A DNA stretch of 64,000 bases from positions 112,406,001 through 112,470,000 of the forward strand of contig OZ024741.1 of the NCBI GenBank assembly GCA_964016885.1, written 5' to 3'. Both the position numbers and the translations under genes were made by a program. The notes beneath the pieces were generated by a model, which did not search any database, was not told the origin of the DNA, and worked only from the letters and a program-made list of their open reading frames with translations. This DNA comes from Eledone cirrhosa. Lineage: Eukaryota. Shown one piece after another: positions 24,241 to 37,760 of this stretch. Every line of letters begins with the position of its first letter. The stretch's first letter is position 1.

Positions 24241-26838
24241 TCCATTCTTCATTAATTAATTTAGTGTTTTTCATTAAAAATAGGGCCATGAAAGGGTTAA
24301 AATCCACCAAGCTTAATTTTGCCTTTCATTCTTTTTGAAGTTGACAAATAAAGCACCAGCCTAGGGCATGCTTTGTGGTTTCTATTTTAGCCTTTTGCAT
24401 TCTGAGTTTGTCTTTGACATCACTGGTGCCAAGCAGTGATTACTTAGTAGTATAGAGGGGAAGATATGCATAGTTGACTGCTGGTCTTCCACAGAATGGG
24501 GTGACCATGGTTTCCTCTTAATGAGGAACTTTTCAGGTAAAAACCATACCCAGTCATGATTGTAGGGTACATCACGTCAGAAATTCTTTTGATCAGAAGA
24601 TTTCTCAATCTGAACTGACTTAGCATTAAAAAATAACATCATCAATCTGTATTTACCTTGCTCCTATAACCTCTTATCTGTGAAACATGCTGTCCTGAAA
24701 TCTGATCATATCACATTTTTCCACAGGATCTCAATTCTCTGCAGTGGGTACCCTCTAGAATAAGCACATGATAATGAATTATGCATTAGTTTCGATGATG
24801 AATATTCAGTTGTTTAATCAACTGTGCATCCAACCTCTGAGTTAATGTACAAGTGACTAAATATTCTACAGACAAATGTGCCCTTAATGCATTCCCAAGC
24901 CTAATTAGTGTGACAGAATGTATGACTGTTAGATCTTTGAATTAAAGTCCATCCAGTGAACTTCCACACAGTTTCCATCTATTCAATTTCACTCACAAAT
25001 CTTGAATCAAACTAAGCCCAAGATGCCTGACAGTGGGATCAAACTTCTTAAACACTCAGCCATGTTTGTGCCTAGTACATACCTCATTTTCAGAAAGTCA
25101 CTTATCTTTTATTTGTCCCAAATGTTCTTATAAAGATTGAGTTGGTCATAATTGTGCTTATTTCCATCATTTCTCCTTATATACTTTTATATAGAGTCTA
25201 TTATACATTTATATACACTTTATCCAGTTTAGAATAGTCACAGTATATACCTATGTGTTATGAGATATGGTTAATAGTTTTGTTGCCAGGAAGGGCATCT
25301 GGCTGTAAAACATTACCTCAAAGATAAAACCTATATCATGGAGTCCATAAGACTAACCACCATCTTTAGTGAGGGAAATGTGTTGTGACCTGATTTCAAC
25401 ACTAGTAGTAGTTACTTCATTTCATGTCTCACTAAAATCTCAGGGTAACTTGAGCCATGAAGGTTACAAGTTTTGAAAGGATTGCAAATGCTATGTTTTC
25501 AGAAGAAGCCTTTCAAAATCTTAGTAGGTCAGGCGGCTATGTTGTCTTTTTCACTGGTATATTGATCTTAGTAATTTTAATCGATATATATTGATCTGAT
25601 TATTTTTGTTAGTGGTAGCACCAATTACATTATTGATTGCTTCAGTTTGCCTATATCTTGAGAATGGTTTCCATTTCCAACATGCTATCTATGAAACTTG
25701 GTGCTAAGTGTAAGTTTTTACAATCCCCGTTAGGTTTAAGGAACCTTTTACATTATATTATATTACAAAGGTATCGATCTTACTTGTACACCAATGTGTT
25801 TTTATGCTTTTTAATACCGGCAGTGATTATGTTGTTCACAATGGTCATAATTCTGTCCATGTTATTGTTTTTGATGATAAAAATTATCAGAGTCAGTATC
25901 ATTGCACAATGTAATATTAAATGTGGCGATAAAGACCAGCCCCCTTCAATAAATAAATGCAATGAACCGATTAATCTCTCAAAATGTCCAATTATCATCA
26001 TACCAATTAAATTGTCACCTTCACAATCAGCATTACTACTTTTGTAATCTAAATATTTATTGCAGCAATTAAGATTGGGTACCTTAACAATCAGTTTTAT
26101 CTCATTAATAGCCAATGTTATTGATTGAAAACAATCATCATGTCTTCCTAACAATTGCCTTTATCCTTTCAACTAGACTATTATCATTTCAGAAATCAAT
26201 AGTATCACTTGAGCTATCAATTCAAACGTAAAAATTACCACTGTTATATGAACAAATTCTGTTACTGCCTTAGCAATCAATATGGTCAGCATTATAGATT
26301 TATCAATCAACATCATCAAATTAATAGTGTCTAATATTCCCTTAGTACACAGAATTATTTTATTACTATTAAATATTACCAGGTTACCAATGTAAATTCT
26401 CAGTTAGAAATCACTAGAAACATCACCCAAAAATCACCGTTATTGTGATCAAAAGCTAGAAAAGTTGTTAATATTAGTTGCTTTAACATTTACACCACCA
26501 TATTTCTAATGAAACATGTTGCCTATGATTTTCAAATAAATAAAAAAATAACCAAGAATCTGAAGGGATTTAGTAGTGTACATAACTTTCTCACTATGAA
26601 GCTGGTGTTTGAAACACATCTTAACAAATGTTCTAACATAAAATTATAATGGACCATTAAAGTAAATCACTTTAAACAAACAGTTTTGCAATGTAGAACC
26701 ATATGGGCTTTCAGGCATTTTGGTGTCAAGAGAGGTAATGTGGAAAAAATTCCATTAGAATTGGTAGTATCACTGTAATATAGTCAAAGTGAACAACTAA
26801 CCACTGTGCCAAAAGTAGAGACAATTATCAAATACTTT

Positions 26839-27025
26839 GGATTGACAAAATCGGTAGAGCGTCAGGCACCATGCTTTGCAGCATAGAGTTATGGACCCTT
26901 ATGTTCAGAGTTCAAATTCTGCTCAGGTTAGCTTTGCCTTTCATCCCTAAGGGGGTTGATAAAATAAAGCACCAGTAATGCACTGGGATAATTGCTGGCC
27001 TAGTGCCAAAAGTAGAAACAATTAT
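26839..27025 (+). mobile_element. SINE family A
   Basis: Matches the family; imperfect flanking duplication AATTATyArATACTTT. Confidence 0.8.
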
Positions 27026-27199
27026 TAGATACTTTGGTTTTCCAAGTATGATTATCATTTGAGAGGTGTAGCAATATAATTCTGCGCTAAAAAATGATCT
27101 AACTCTTCAAGGCATGGAGAAGTGAGCATGAAACTAATGATAATGTATCATCATCATTTAATGTTTGCCTTATCTGCTAGGTCATCACAGACTGGTGGG

Positions 27200-30100
27200 T
27201 CTTACTTACTTGTACTTGTGTCGACATTCACTCTGGACGGGTTGAGCCGGCTTTTTCCCTTATCCTGACGGCATCCCGAACCATGGCAGCCCACGCACGA
27301 CGGTCTCGGGCTAGGTCACTGGGGATAGCGAGCCAGTCATGGTTCCATCGGCGCAGGCCGACCACCTGCAGACCGTAGAGTTCGGAGAGGTCCTCCTTGA
27401 TCATTGTTGCCCAGGTCTTCAGCTGCCCGCCAACGCTCTTGCGCCAGTTAGGGAGTGGAGGTGGGAGGAGAATATCGCAGATCAGCTCACCCTCAGGGCA
27501 CCGGGATGCATGACCAAACCATCTCAAGCGCCATTGCAGAAGCACTGAAGGAAGGGGGTCGAAGATTCAGGCAAAGACAAAGACTGGTGGTAGGTACCCG
27601 ATCAACGCTTCGGCAGTGAAGAATGCGGCGGAGACAGTCATTGTCGAAGACCCCAGCCCTCGTTGATCGACTACCCTCATAGGCCATGTTTCACAGCCAT
27701 AGAGGAGGATAGGGCGAACGACGGCCTGGTAGATTCACCCTTTGGTCGTCGAGGTGATCTCTCTTCTGTCCCACAGACACCGCTGGAGGCGCCCAAAAGC
27801 AGATCTGGCAGCACCTATGCGACGCTTGACCTCAGCTGCACCCTGTGCCGTTGGAACCACTGTTGAGCCCAGGTAAACGAAGGACTCCACATCCTCCAGG
27901 TCTACGCCCTTGAGAGATATTGGCTGCCAGGCATCAGGCGAGACCAGTGACGTCATGACCTTCGACTTGGCGGAATTGATTCGTAGACCAACAGCGATAG
28001 CTGCAGTGTGCACCCTTTCGAGAGCACCTTGTAAATCAGTCCCGTTAGTGCCCATCAGTACGATGTCATCCGCGTAGGCCATGTCTGTCACCACGACCCC
28101 TCTCCTGACCTCTATGCCCGAGTAATCCCGGAGCGCTGTGTTGAGAGTGTAGTCAATGGTGTAGTTAAAGAGAGTTGGCGATAGCGCACACCCCTGCCGA
28201 ACACCGGTCCCAACATCGAACGACCCTGTCTCTCCACTATAGACCCCCACTCGGGCCCGAGTCGACCGGTAGTAGCCTTGTATGAGATGAAGCAGCTTCA
28301 CTGGGATGCCGTCCGCCTGCATTATACACCATAGGGCTTCCCGATCTACCAAGTCGAAGGCAGCCGCAAAGTCGATGAAGCAGAGGACGGTAGGCTGTTG
28401 ATGTGCCCACCATGGTTCCAGAAAACGCCGGAGAATGAAGATTTGATCAACGCACCCCCTCCCTGGACGGAAGCCGCCCTGAAAAAGACGGGTACGGACA
28501 TGACGGATGGCCTGGAACCTCTTCAGCAGAAGAATTGTGAAGGTTTTGGCAGCAACGTCAATTAAACTGATACCCCTGTAGTTGGAACACAGTTTCCTGT
28601 CGCCTTTTTTGAAGAAGGGTAGGAGAGTTGCCTCGCTCCAGTCACCAGGGAACTGCTCCGTCGCCCACACCGAGGAGAAGACTCAATGGAGCCAAGTTGC
28701 GAAGACATCATGCTTGGCCTTGTAGACCTCAGCTGGAACGCCATCGTCGCCCGGCGTCTTGTTGGTCCAGAGATGTGTCAGAAGACTACGTACCTCCTCG
28801 ACCGTTGGAGGGGCAGTGCTGCACCCATATTCTTCTCCGGAAATCGGCACGTAGGTTGGCGTGGGTAGTGGCGGGTGGTTGAGCAGCTCGGAGAAATGGT
28901 CCCACCATCTGACTAGCCGGTCATTAAGATTGGTAATGACTACCCTGTTCCGATCACGGATCATCTCGCTGATACCCGTACTGCTTCAGCTGGCTGACTT
29001 CACCAGTTAGTAGAGCTTGTGCGAGTCACCACAGGCTGCTGCCCTCTCCGTCTGCTCCGCAAAATTGTGCCAGTGTACATTCCGATCGGCCCGAATAGCC
29101 TGAGATGTGCGACGTCGGAGATCTCGAAGATTGGGTGCACCCTCGAGTCGAGCCTCTCTTGTCCTCTCCGCGAGTTCAAGAGTGCCGCCAGAGATCCAGT
29201 CCCGATGGCGTCTTCGGATCGACCCGAAATGCTCCCTGGCCACCTCAACTGTCATCGCCCTGAGCGCGTGCCACTCCTGCTCCAGTTGCTGTTCCACTTC
29301 GTTACTCAGCATTTGGAATCGGTTTCGCAGCTCTAGCCAGAAAGCATTTCCAGCATCAAGCTTGAGTCACGAGATGTCGATCCTTTTCTGGCGGTTGGGA
29401 GGAGGTTTCGCTTGCAGCCGCAGATGAAGGGTTATTCGAATAAGAGTATGGTCTGACCCATGCTCACTGCCCGTATCAGTCCCCCGATACGCACGCGAGC
29501 CTATCACTGAGCTGGCCCACTGAGATCTGACCAGGATGTAGTCAATCTGATTGGCCGTTCTTCCGTCATTGGATCGCCACATTATGAGGTGACGCCGAAG
29601 ATGTTGGAACCGGGTGTTGGTGATGATAAGACGATTGGCATCCATGAAGGATACGAGCCATTCACCATTGTCTCAGCGTACGCCTAGGGTGAAGCGTCCT
29701 AGAATATGCCGTGTTGTATCATCAGCCGGCTCCATCCGCGCATTCCAGTCCCCAGCGACAATGAGAACATCACTGGAGGAGACGCCATCCACGGTTGTTT
29801 GGAGATCGGCATAGAACTATAACTTGTCCGCCTCGTCCGCATTGAGTGTGAGAGTGTAGAGGGAAATTACGCTGATGTTGAAGATTTGACCCTTCAATCG
29901 AACCAGCACAAGTCGATGTGAGTTCGGCTGCCACGCCAGCAGAGCCGCTTGCGCATCGGGGCTGAGAGCTACAGCGACCCCATGAAAGCCACTGTTGTCA
30001 GTCACGCCACTGTGGTACAAGTGGTAGGAGATGTCCTCGCCAGGAACTTTGATCAGAAGATGACCAACATCGGGAAGTCGAACTTCTGAAAGGCAAGCGA

Positions 30101-30305
30101 CCCCAACGCAGTACCTGTGCAGAGCCTCCATTGTAAGTGCCTGGACACCGTCATCACGAAGTGTTCGGACGTTCCAGCATGCCACCTTCAATTCCTTCCT
30201 TCTGAAGAGCGGGACTACTGTGGGAGCAGTCTGTAGAGCCATAGCGGTAGGAGCACTGATGCTTTGCATTGCGTTCATAGCGGAAAGGCAATTCGTATTC
30301 ATAGT
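27200..30305 (-). mobile_element. GC-rich near full-length RTE LINE (SR2-like), disrupted
   Basis: EN (ACWNVRTL, LSEVRL, QIDYILV, SDH), RT (NYRGISL, FIDFAAAFD, RQGCALSP, YADD), C-terminus WRKSVGGQLKTW..GLRRW; tail CAAGTACAAGTAAGTAAG. Confidence 0.92.
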
Positions 30306-30634
30306 TCGTATTTGTAGGATTCATGGAAGATGAATCCTACAAGCTGAATCACAGGCTGAGTTAGTTATAAACATTCCCTTGCTCTACCAAATGTATTTTA
30401 TTGCCATATAATTGACATATCTATGGTTTCCCCTGAGCCTTTGTTTGGCATATTTAATACCAGTTTTTCCATGGTGGCATGGGATTGATGGGTTGTGTCA
30501 GACCAAGTTATTACTGACTCAAAACTATTGTCCTCCAAGACTGGTCAGATTTGCATGCATCATTCTTGGTTTTGCATGTGTTCTACAGCTTGATACCCTG
30601 CCTGATACCAAATACTTTGTTTTATATATATATA

Positions 30635-30723
30635 TAATTGTTTCTACTTTAGGCACAAGGCCAGCAATTACCCAGTGCATTACTGGTACTTTATTTTAGT
30701 AATGCACTGGGTAATTGCTGGCC
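30635..30723. repeat. Fold-back of a SINE-A 3' tail
   Basis: Perfect 26-bp arms 30659-30684 and 30698-30723. Confidence 0.85.
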
Positions 30724-32610
30724 GTGTGTGTGTGTGTATAACAATGAAGTAGAAGTCAGTAAGTTGGAATTTATCTCATTTATGTTACACATTGATTTGT
30801 AGCAAATAAATGAGGTGAATTGCAACCTACTGACGTCTACTTAATTGTTATACCAATACCCCAGTGTGCAAAGACCTACATGTATATTTTGTTGATAGCT
30901 CTATCCTATGTACACTAGTGTCAGTTGCTTAACTAACACAAAATATATCAAGCGCATACATATATATATATTACTGTCTTTGTCATATATCTGTTATTTA
31001 TAATATATATATATATATATATCTGTTTTATATATTAATGTTTTAATTATAGAAATGAAGAAAATCTATTCTCTTCAAAGTTGACTATTACAAACATAAA
31101 TATATTGAGATGTCAAAAACAGATTTGCTCCCTCACAAAGCCTTTTATACTCAGGCAATATTATAATACGAATTCCACACATATATATTTCTAAGTCTTT
31201 GACTGTTTAAGAAAGCAATTTTACATCAATTTGGTATACACAGTTAGAGGAGAAAACTTTTACTTAATTGCATGCATGTGCAAACGTGTGTGCATGCATA
31301 TACATAATTACAGGCTCAGATGAAAAAAATGTTTATATATCTTCCCCACTGACTTTTATATGCATTTAGTATTAAACAAGTAAACAATTCAGTTACAGAC
31401 TTATCCATTGTAAACTGGCATGTAAGAAAAAATTGATGTGGAACAACTGCTGTTATGAAAATATGACACACATCTAAATACAAACTTGTTGAGATATTGA
31501 CACAAACTTTTTTTTAGTTTTATTGCTTTGACAACAAGAACTATATTTTTAACAAAAATATTTAATGTTCTTACTGTGGTAAAATTCATAAAATTTTCTC
31601 TACTTTAGAGGCATCAGGTTGTTATCAGAACACTGTTCTAATAAAAAGTATTTGATATCGCTGTGTAAGTGGTTGTGCAAAAAACAATGCACCCATTAAA
31701 CATTTTAAAGTGGTTATGTTAAGAAAGGCATCCAGCCATAGAAACCATGCCAAATATGTAATGTATGAACAAGATGAGGTTGCTCCAATATGTCTGGTCT
31801 CAAACTGCAACAACCTGTCCAACACATGCCATTGTGGAAAGTGGAGGTAAAATGTCGGTTAGATTTTTTTAATTTAATACCTGTATGTAAAACTTTTCAA
31901 TTCCAATGACTTGTGCCAGCTGACTTTGATATGTAAAATTGGGGGCTTGGTGTGTATTCTAATTTTTTGTGTATGTGGGACCCCTCCAAACTTGAAGTAC
32001 CCAGACCCCCAAGCCTTGAATGCTGCCTCCTCGCTTTGCCTCTTCTACCAGTATTACAGTGATGAAGGAATGGCTGATTGATCAAGAAGTTTGTTTCTAA
32101 ATCATGAGGTTTGATGTCATTAGCTTTGATAGTACAGCATGATATCTAGAATATGTGCCTTTACCTCAGGTCAACCCAAAACTTGTAATTAAACTGGATA
32201 GACAGAAACTGTGTGGAAGCTCATCAGATGGATTGTATTTGTAATTCTTTTCATATATTCTTTACATTGATTTGACATGGGAATTGTGTTAAGGGTACAC
32301 ATATCTGTGGAGTACTCATATATTAATTCAGGAGACTTATATTCAGTTGATTGAACAATTTAATTTTCTTTATTGAAAATTACAGAGGATCAATTACAGT
32401 CACCTTTGCTTCTCAGAGATGGTTAGTTTCATGTTACTTCTACTCACGGACTTCCAACACATACATACACACACACGTGTGTGTATATCTGTGTATTATT
32501 GAAGGACGTGAGAGAAAGTACTCTATTGAAGTAGAGTTTTAATATATCTATGTGGTGAGCCTTGTTACTCTGGAGCTTCACCACCTTTCCATATAAAATG
32601 AATATGCATA

Positions 32611-32943
32611 TCATCATCATCATCATCATTTCATTTTACGTCCACTTTTTCCCTGCTTGCAAGGGTGGGACGGAAACTGATGCTGGCTTGATTTCCACAG
32701 CTGGATGCCCTTCCTAACACCAACCTCATTTACAGTGAGTGCTGGGTGCTTTTTTGCCGTGGCACCTCCACGACCACTTTGCAGTGGAATGATATGGACC
32801 CCTGTCCCTATCATCTCATTTCTACAGCTGAGTAAACTGGAGCAATGTGAAATAAAGTGTCTTGCTCAAGGAAACAACACATCACCCGATCTGAGAATTG
32901 AACTCACAACCTTTCGATTGCAAAGCCAGTGCTCTAACCACTA
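32611..32943 (-). mobile_element. SINE family B
   Basis: Highly similar to 2139-2488. Confidence 0.85.
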
Positions 32944-33486
32944 TTGAGTCTCCAAAATTTGACAAGTAGGCATGGTAACCATGAGGTTTTAGTAGAAAAC
33001 ACTTGCCCAAGGTGTCACACTCTGGAAGTGAACCGAAAACCACATGATTGTGAAGTGAATTTCTCAATCATACAACTATGCCTGCACCAATAGAACTAAT
33101 TTAAATTTTTTATCTAAGATTTCTAATTGATGTTTTCTGTAAACAATATTATTTATAAAGTGAACTGAATGTATAGGTGAAAAATTATCATTCAACATCA
33201 CTTCACACTGCAGCTGGTAAGTTAAAGAACACATCATTTTCTTTGAATCTCTTTGTAGTCTATCTTGAGGCTGTGTCAAGACTTTTGAGTGACCTGTTAT
33301 GTAAACATTTCATAATAATATGCTTCAGACAGAAACCATATATGCCAATGATGTACTTTTCATCTCAACAGTTGCAAAGCTTCTACACTTCATGAGATAT
33401 ATTTCCTTGTGATGTGTTCACACATTATTATATTATCATCATTATTATTATTATATTATCATCATTATTATTATTATTATTATTAT

Positions 33487-34410
33487 TGGAGTCTCAGTCA
33501 TTGATGTTATTTAACTGGAAAGTTTGTTCAAATGCATATCAAGCCACTACCTGCAGCCTCAGATATTCAGGACGAATTGGAGGGTTCTTGCTGTTCCCAG
33601 CAAGCATGCCTTTTGAAGTGTTCCAAGAAAGGGGGCTAGACTAATGTTCTTTAACCATCCTTGGAAACTCTTTGAGATAATACCTAGTGCTCCTATGACA
33701 ATTAGGATGAACTTGATCTCATGACAATCCCAAATCCTTTTTAACTCCCACTTTAAATCCTGGTATTGGTTAATTTTCTCCTCCTTTTCTTGCACTCTCG
33801 TGTCAAAGGGTCAGGCTACATCTACAATCAGGCACGATCTTTTTTTCCTTGTCAAAAACAACCAGGTCAGGCCTATTGTGTTCTAATTTCTTGTCTGTCT
33901 GTATCCTGAAATCTCATAGCACATTCACTTGATTGTTTTCTATCACTGACTCTGGCTTTTGCTTATACCACCTCTCAGAATGTGATAAATTATTTAGTTT
34001 GCATAAATGCCAGTGAATCATGTTTCCTATTATATCATGCCCCCCAGCCTTTATAGTGAGGCTGGGCTAGGTGTTTACATTTGAATACGATGTGAGCCAC
34101 AGTCTCCTCTCTCTCTCCACAGATCCTACACAGTGAGCTAGCCTCCTCCTTGTCAATATGGTGTTTCACCCACTTCGTTCTGAGGGCTTTCTCTTGTGCA
34201 GCCATTAGCATTCCTTCTGTAGCTTTTTAAAAGTCTCCTCTTTTTAACCAGCTCCAAGTCTGTGGATCCCCGAATTCCATTTTCTTAAAGAAGGTGCTAT
34301 GAAGGGATTTTTCATGAAGGTTGCTCTTTCTCTTTGTTGTTATTTCATCTTTGGACATCCCCTGCTCTATTGTCTTCTCCTTCAGTACAACTTTGATCAT
34401 TGGCTCCCTA
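33487..34410 (-). mobile_element. R4/Dong-like non-LTR retrotransposon 3' fragment (restriction-like endonuclease)
   Basis: CRICGEREETVAHIVFKC knuckle, RPDLVVFD..IVDVA..KINQYQDL..IVIGALG..LQKACLLGTARTL; ends in (TAA)n. Confidence 0.8.
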
Positions 34411-34449
34411 CTCTCATCATTATTATTATTATCATCCTATTATTACTCT

Positions 34450-34815
34450 TTGAGTCTCAGTCATTGATGTTTGTTGAAATGAATATCAAGCTGCTACCTG
34501 AAGCCTCAGACATTGAGGATGTATTAGAGGGTTCTTGCTGTTCCCAGCAAGCATGCCTTTTGAAGTATTCCAAAAAACAGGGCTCGACTAATCTTCTTTA
34601 ACCATCCTTGGAAACTCTTTGAGATAGTACCTAGTGCTTCTATGACAATCAGGACCGCCTTGATCTCATGGCAGTTCCAAATCCTTTTTAACTCCCTCTT
34701 TAAATTCTGGTATCGGTTAATTTTCTCCCTCTCCTTTTCTTGCACTCTCGTGTCAAATGGGCAGGCTACGTCTACAATCAAGCATGATCTTTTTTCCTTG
34801 TCCAAAACGATCAGG
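34450..34815 (-). mobile_element. Second tandem R4/Dong-like 3' fragment
   Basis: ORF 34524-34805 is paralogous to 33559-33795; (TAA)n on both sides. Confidence 0.8.
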
Positions 34816-35563
34816 TATTATTATTATTATTGCCATTTTTATTATGTACAGGTAAGGCCAGTGGACTGAATGTCACATGAAAGTGGGGGATTGGAGTGTA
34901 TTGCAGCATTTGCTTTAGCTCTTTATGTTCTAAGTTAAAATCCCAATTTTCCTCTTTCATCCTTACTAGTTTGATAAAATAATGTTCCTGTAAACTACTT
35001 GGGTCAAATTTCGTGTGAATATTAAATCTTGTCACTGTTTTATGTTGTTGTTTGTTATTTCTTAAATCAACTAAACAACAAGTCACACTCAATAATGAAC
35101 ATACATGAAGTTAACTCATGGATTGGACAGTTCCGCAGTCATAGAAAGAGGAGTTTATATTATGTCCCTATTTCTAATGAAAGACAAAGCCTATGATGTT
35201 CAGATACTTTTGAATATAATCATTATTTACCTTGTGTTTAGAAGATAATTTAGTGAATGTTTTTACATAATATTATGGTGAAAAGATTTTAAATAAATAT
35301 AAATATTTCAAAATAAGCTTTGTATCATAGACCTAAGATCAGTTTCAGATAGTTTTGTGTTAAAAGAGTTAATGAATATGGAAACAAATTTGACAAGACA
35401 CTCGTATGTGTTTTGTACCATTAGATGCCCTCATATTATTAATATTAAACAATTAAAAGCTCAATGATATACAAAAAGACATGTTGATCAAGACCTTGGT
35501 AGTTATGTTTGCTCAATCATAATTGACATGGAACAGCAACTAGACATTTAAATACACAATTAA

Positions 35564-35780
35564 CCCATTAGCATTTAAACTAGCTGTAGCCATCTAGAAT
35601 TCTCTCACTTCTTTCTGTTCAAACTTGCCATAACTGGCTGCTCATACTGATATTAAGGTATTGTTCTCAAAATAAATAATATCAAAATCTCATAGATATG
35701 ATATTATGTGAGATATGTGATGTAAAGCCTTTACCACGAAAATACAATAGTAAATATGGAGTAATGTAAATGCTAAAGGG
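35564..35780. mobile_element. piggyBac-type MITE
   Basis: TTAA|CCCATTAGCATTTA ... TAAATGCTAAAGGG|TTAA. Confidence 0.75.
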
Positions 35781-37379
35781 TTAAGTGGATCCATCAATAT
35801 CATCCTCAACATTGACAATTCTTATTTTACCTTTGAGTGAATCTTGGAGCTACCTGGTCTTGTAATACCTCCATTTAAGCTCTTTCAATTCACTTGTTTC
35901 TCATCCTCTCATCACTGGTATTTGGTCCACCTTCACTTCTAGGTCCAAATCAAAACTAATCATTTCCCCAACCATTCCTCTATAGCACTTCCATCTTCTG
36001 GGTTTCTCTGCTTACATATGCTTTTCCAACAGTCTTCAAATTACATGTGTTCTCTGTGTGCATCCAGCTTAGAATCAGTACACTGTGTCTCTCTGTGCCA
36101 TAAGGAGTATCAATAAGGATTGGAACCAGTAAAGGACATCCAGCTGTAAAAGAATTACCTTAAAAATCTCCACGATAAATATAAATCTATCTTGGGACTC
36201 AATTTTAATTCCTGCGTCAGCAGGGAAATGGTCTGAAAACATTTGTTCTTATTGTTGTTATATCAATCAATATTTAATCAAAAATAATACTAACCTCATC
36301 AAACTCACCAGTCCTAGAAGGACAGCAAATGCATTGAAACAAAGCATTAAAACAAAAATTTATAAAGGTCTAAAATATATTGGTTATTATATCAGGTACA
36401 AAGGACCTTCATTAAAAATATAGAGAAAAGCATATGTAATCAATGTTATTAATAGATATTGTGACAAGAGAAGCTATTCTTTAATAATAACATAAAGATT
36501 TTAGCAGATTAGGATCATATTACTATGAAAGATTTTACAGGAAAGACAAAACATTTAAGATAAAAATCCAGCATTTGATTAGCCAGATTCCTTAATATAA
36601 ATAAACTATTTGTCAGTCTTTTCATTTAATATTCATTGCTGACAAACAATTTAAATCATAAATAAATTTAAAGAATAACTAGATAAATGAATAAATAAGA
36701 TTTAATTGCTGAAATAAAATTCTCTAAACAGTTTTTAGACTTTAAAAAATTCATGTCAAATTTTTTATGATGTTATTAAAGCTGGTTTTTCAATATTGGA
36801 ATAACTTTTTTAACATTTGTTTTATTGGTAGGTTTTACTGTGCCAGAAGCAACCATCATGCATATGTATGTGTGTGTGTGTATGTATGTATGTATGTATG
36901 TATGTATGTATGTATGTATGTATAGAGAGTGTTAGTGGATGAAGAAAGAACACCATTGAGAAAAACTGATTTGTTTGCTTACTATGTGGTTTTGTTTTTT
37001 TTGCTATGATTTTGATTTTGTCTTTTACTTATTTCCATTCCTATATATAGTATGTACACATACAAATATGCATATATATATGCTCTCTATACATATACAA
37101 CTGACGGATGTTAAATGATGATGATGAAGCACAGTTCGACAGCCAGCAAAGCTATTTTTTCTTTCCTTTATTGTCCATTTTATTATCATTATAAAAGTGT
37201 TGTTTATTTAAAGTGCTGCTGTTAGCATAATACTTGTTCTTAAGTTTTATTACCACTGGTCATTTGATTTCATTTAATTGATGGTGCTGTTTAATAACAT
37301 GATAATCGCATTTTGAAAGATTTCTTAGCTCAAAGCATCCTTACTACCAACTTTCCTCTTCACTTACATATAGTCTCCA

Positions 37380-37760
37380 CCTCTACATACATATATACAT
37401 ACAAGCATGCATATATACATACAAACAAACATACATAAAAGCAGGTATTCATGCACACATGCACACATACATACAGTCTCCACTTCCATGTTTATATACC
37501 ATACATACATAGATCTACACATGCAATGACATCCATACCTGCACATATCCACACATGCATAGATATATACCCATGCATATTTCCACATACATACATATAT
37601 ACATACATGCACACAAACATACATCATCATCCATTTTTTCTGATAGCAAAGGTTGGACATACATACACTTATATATTCACATAGACATGTACATACATGC
37701 ATACATTCAAACATACATAGATATGTACATATATACATGTGTGTGTGTGTGTGTGTTACA
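37380..37760. repeat. Degenerate (CA/TA)n low-complexity tract
   Basis: Directly visible. Confidence 0.85.
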
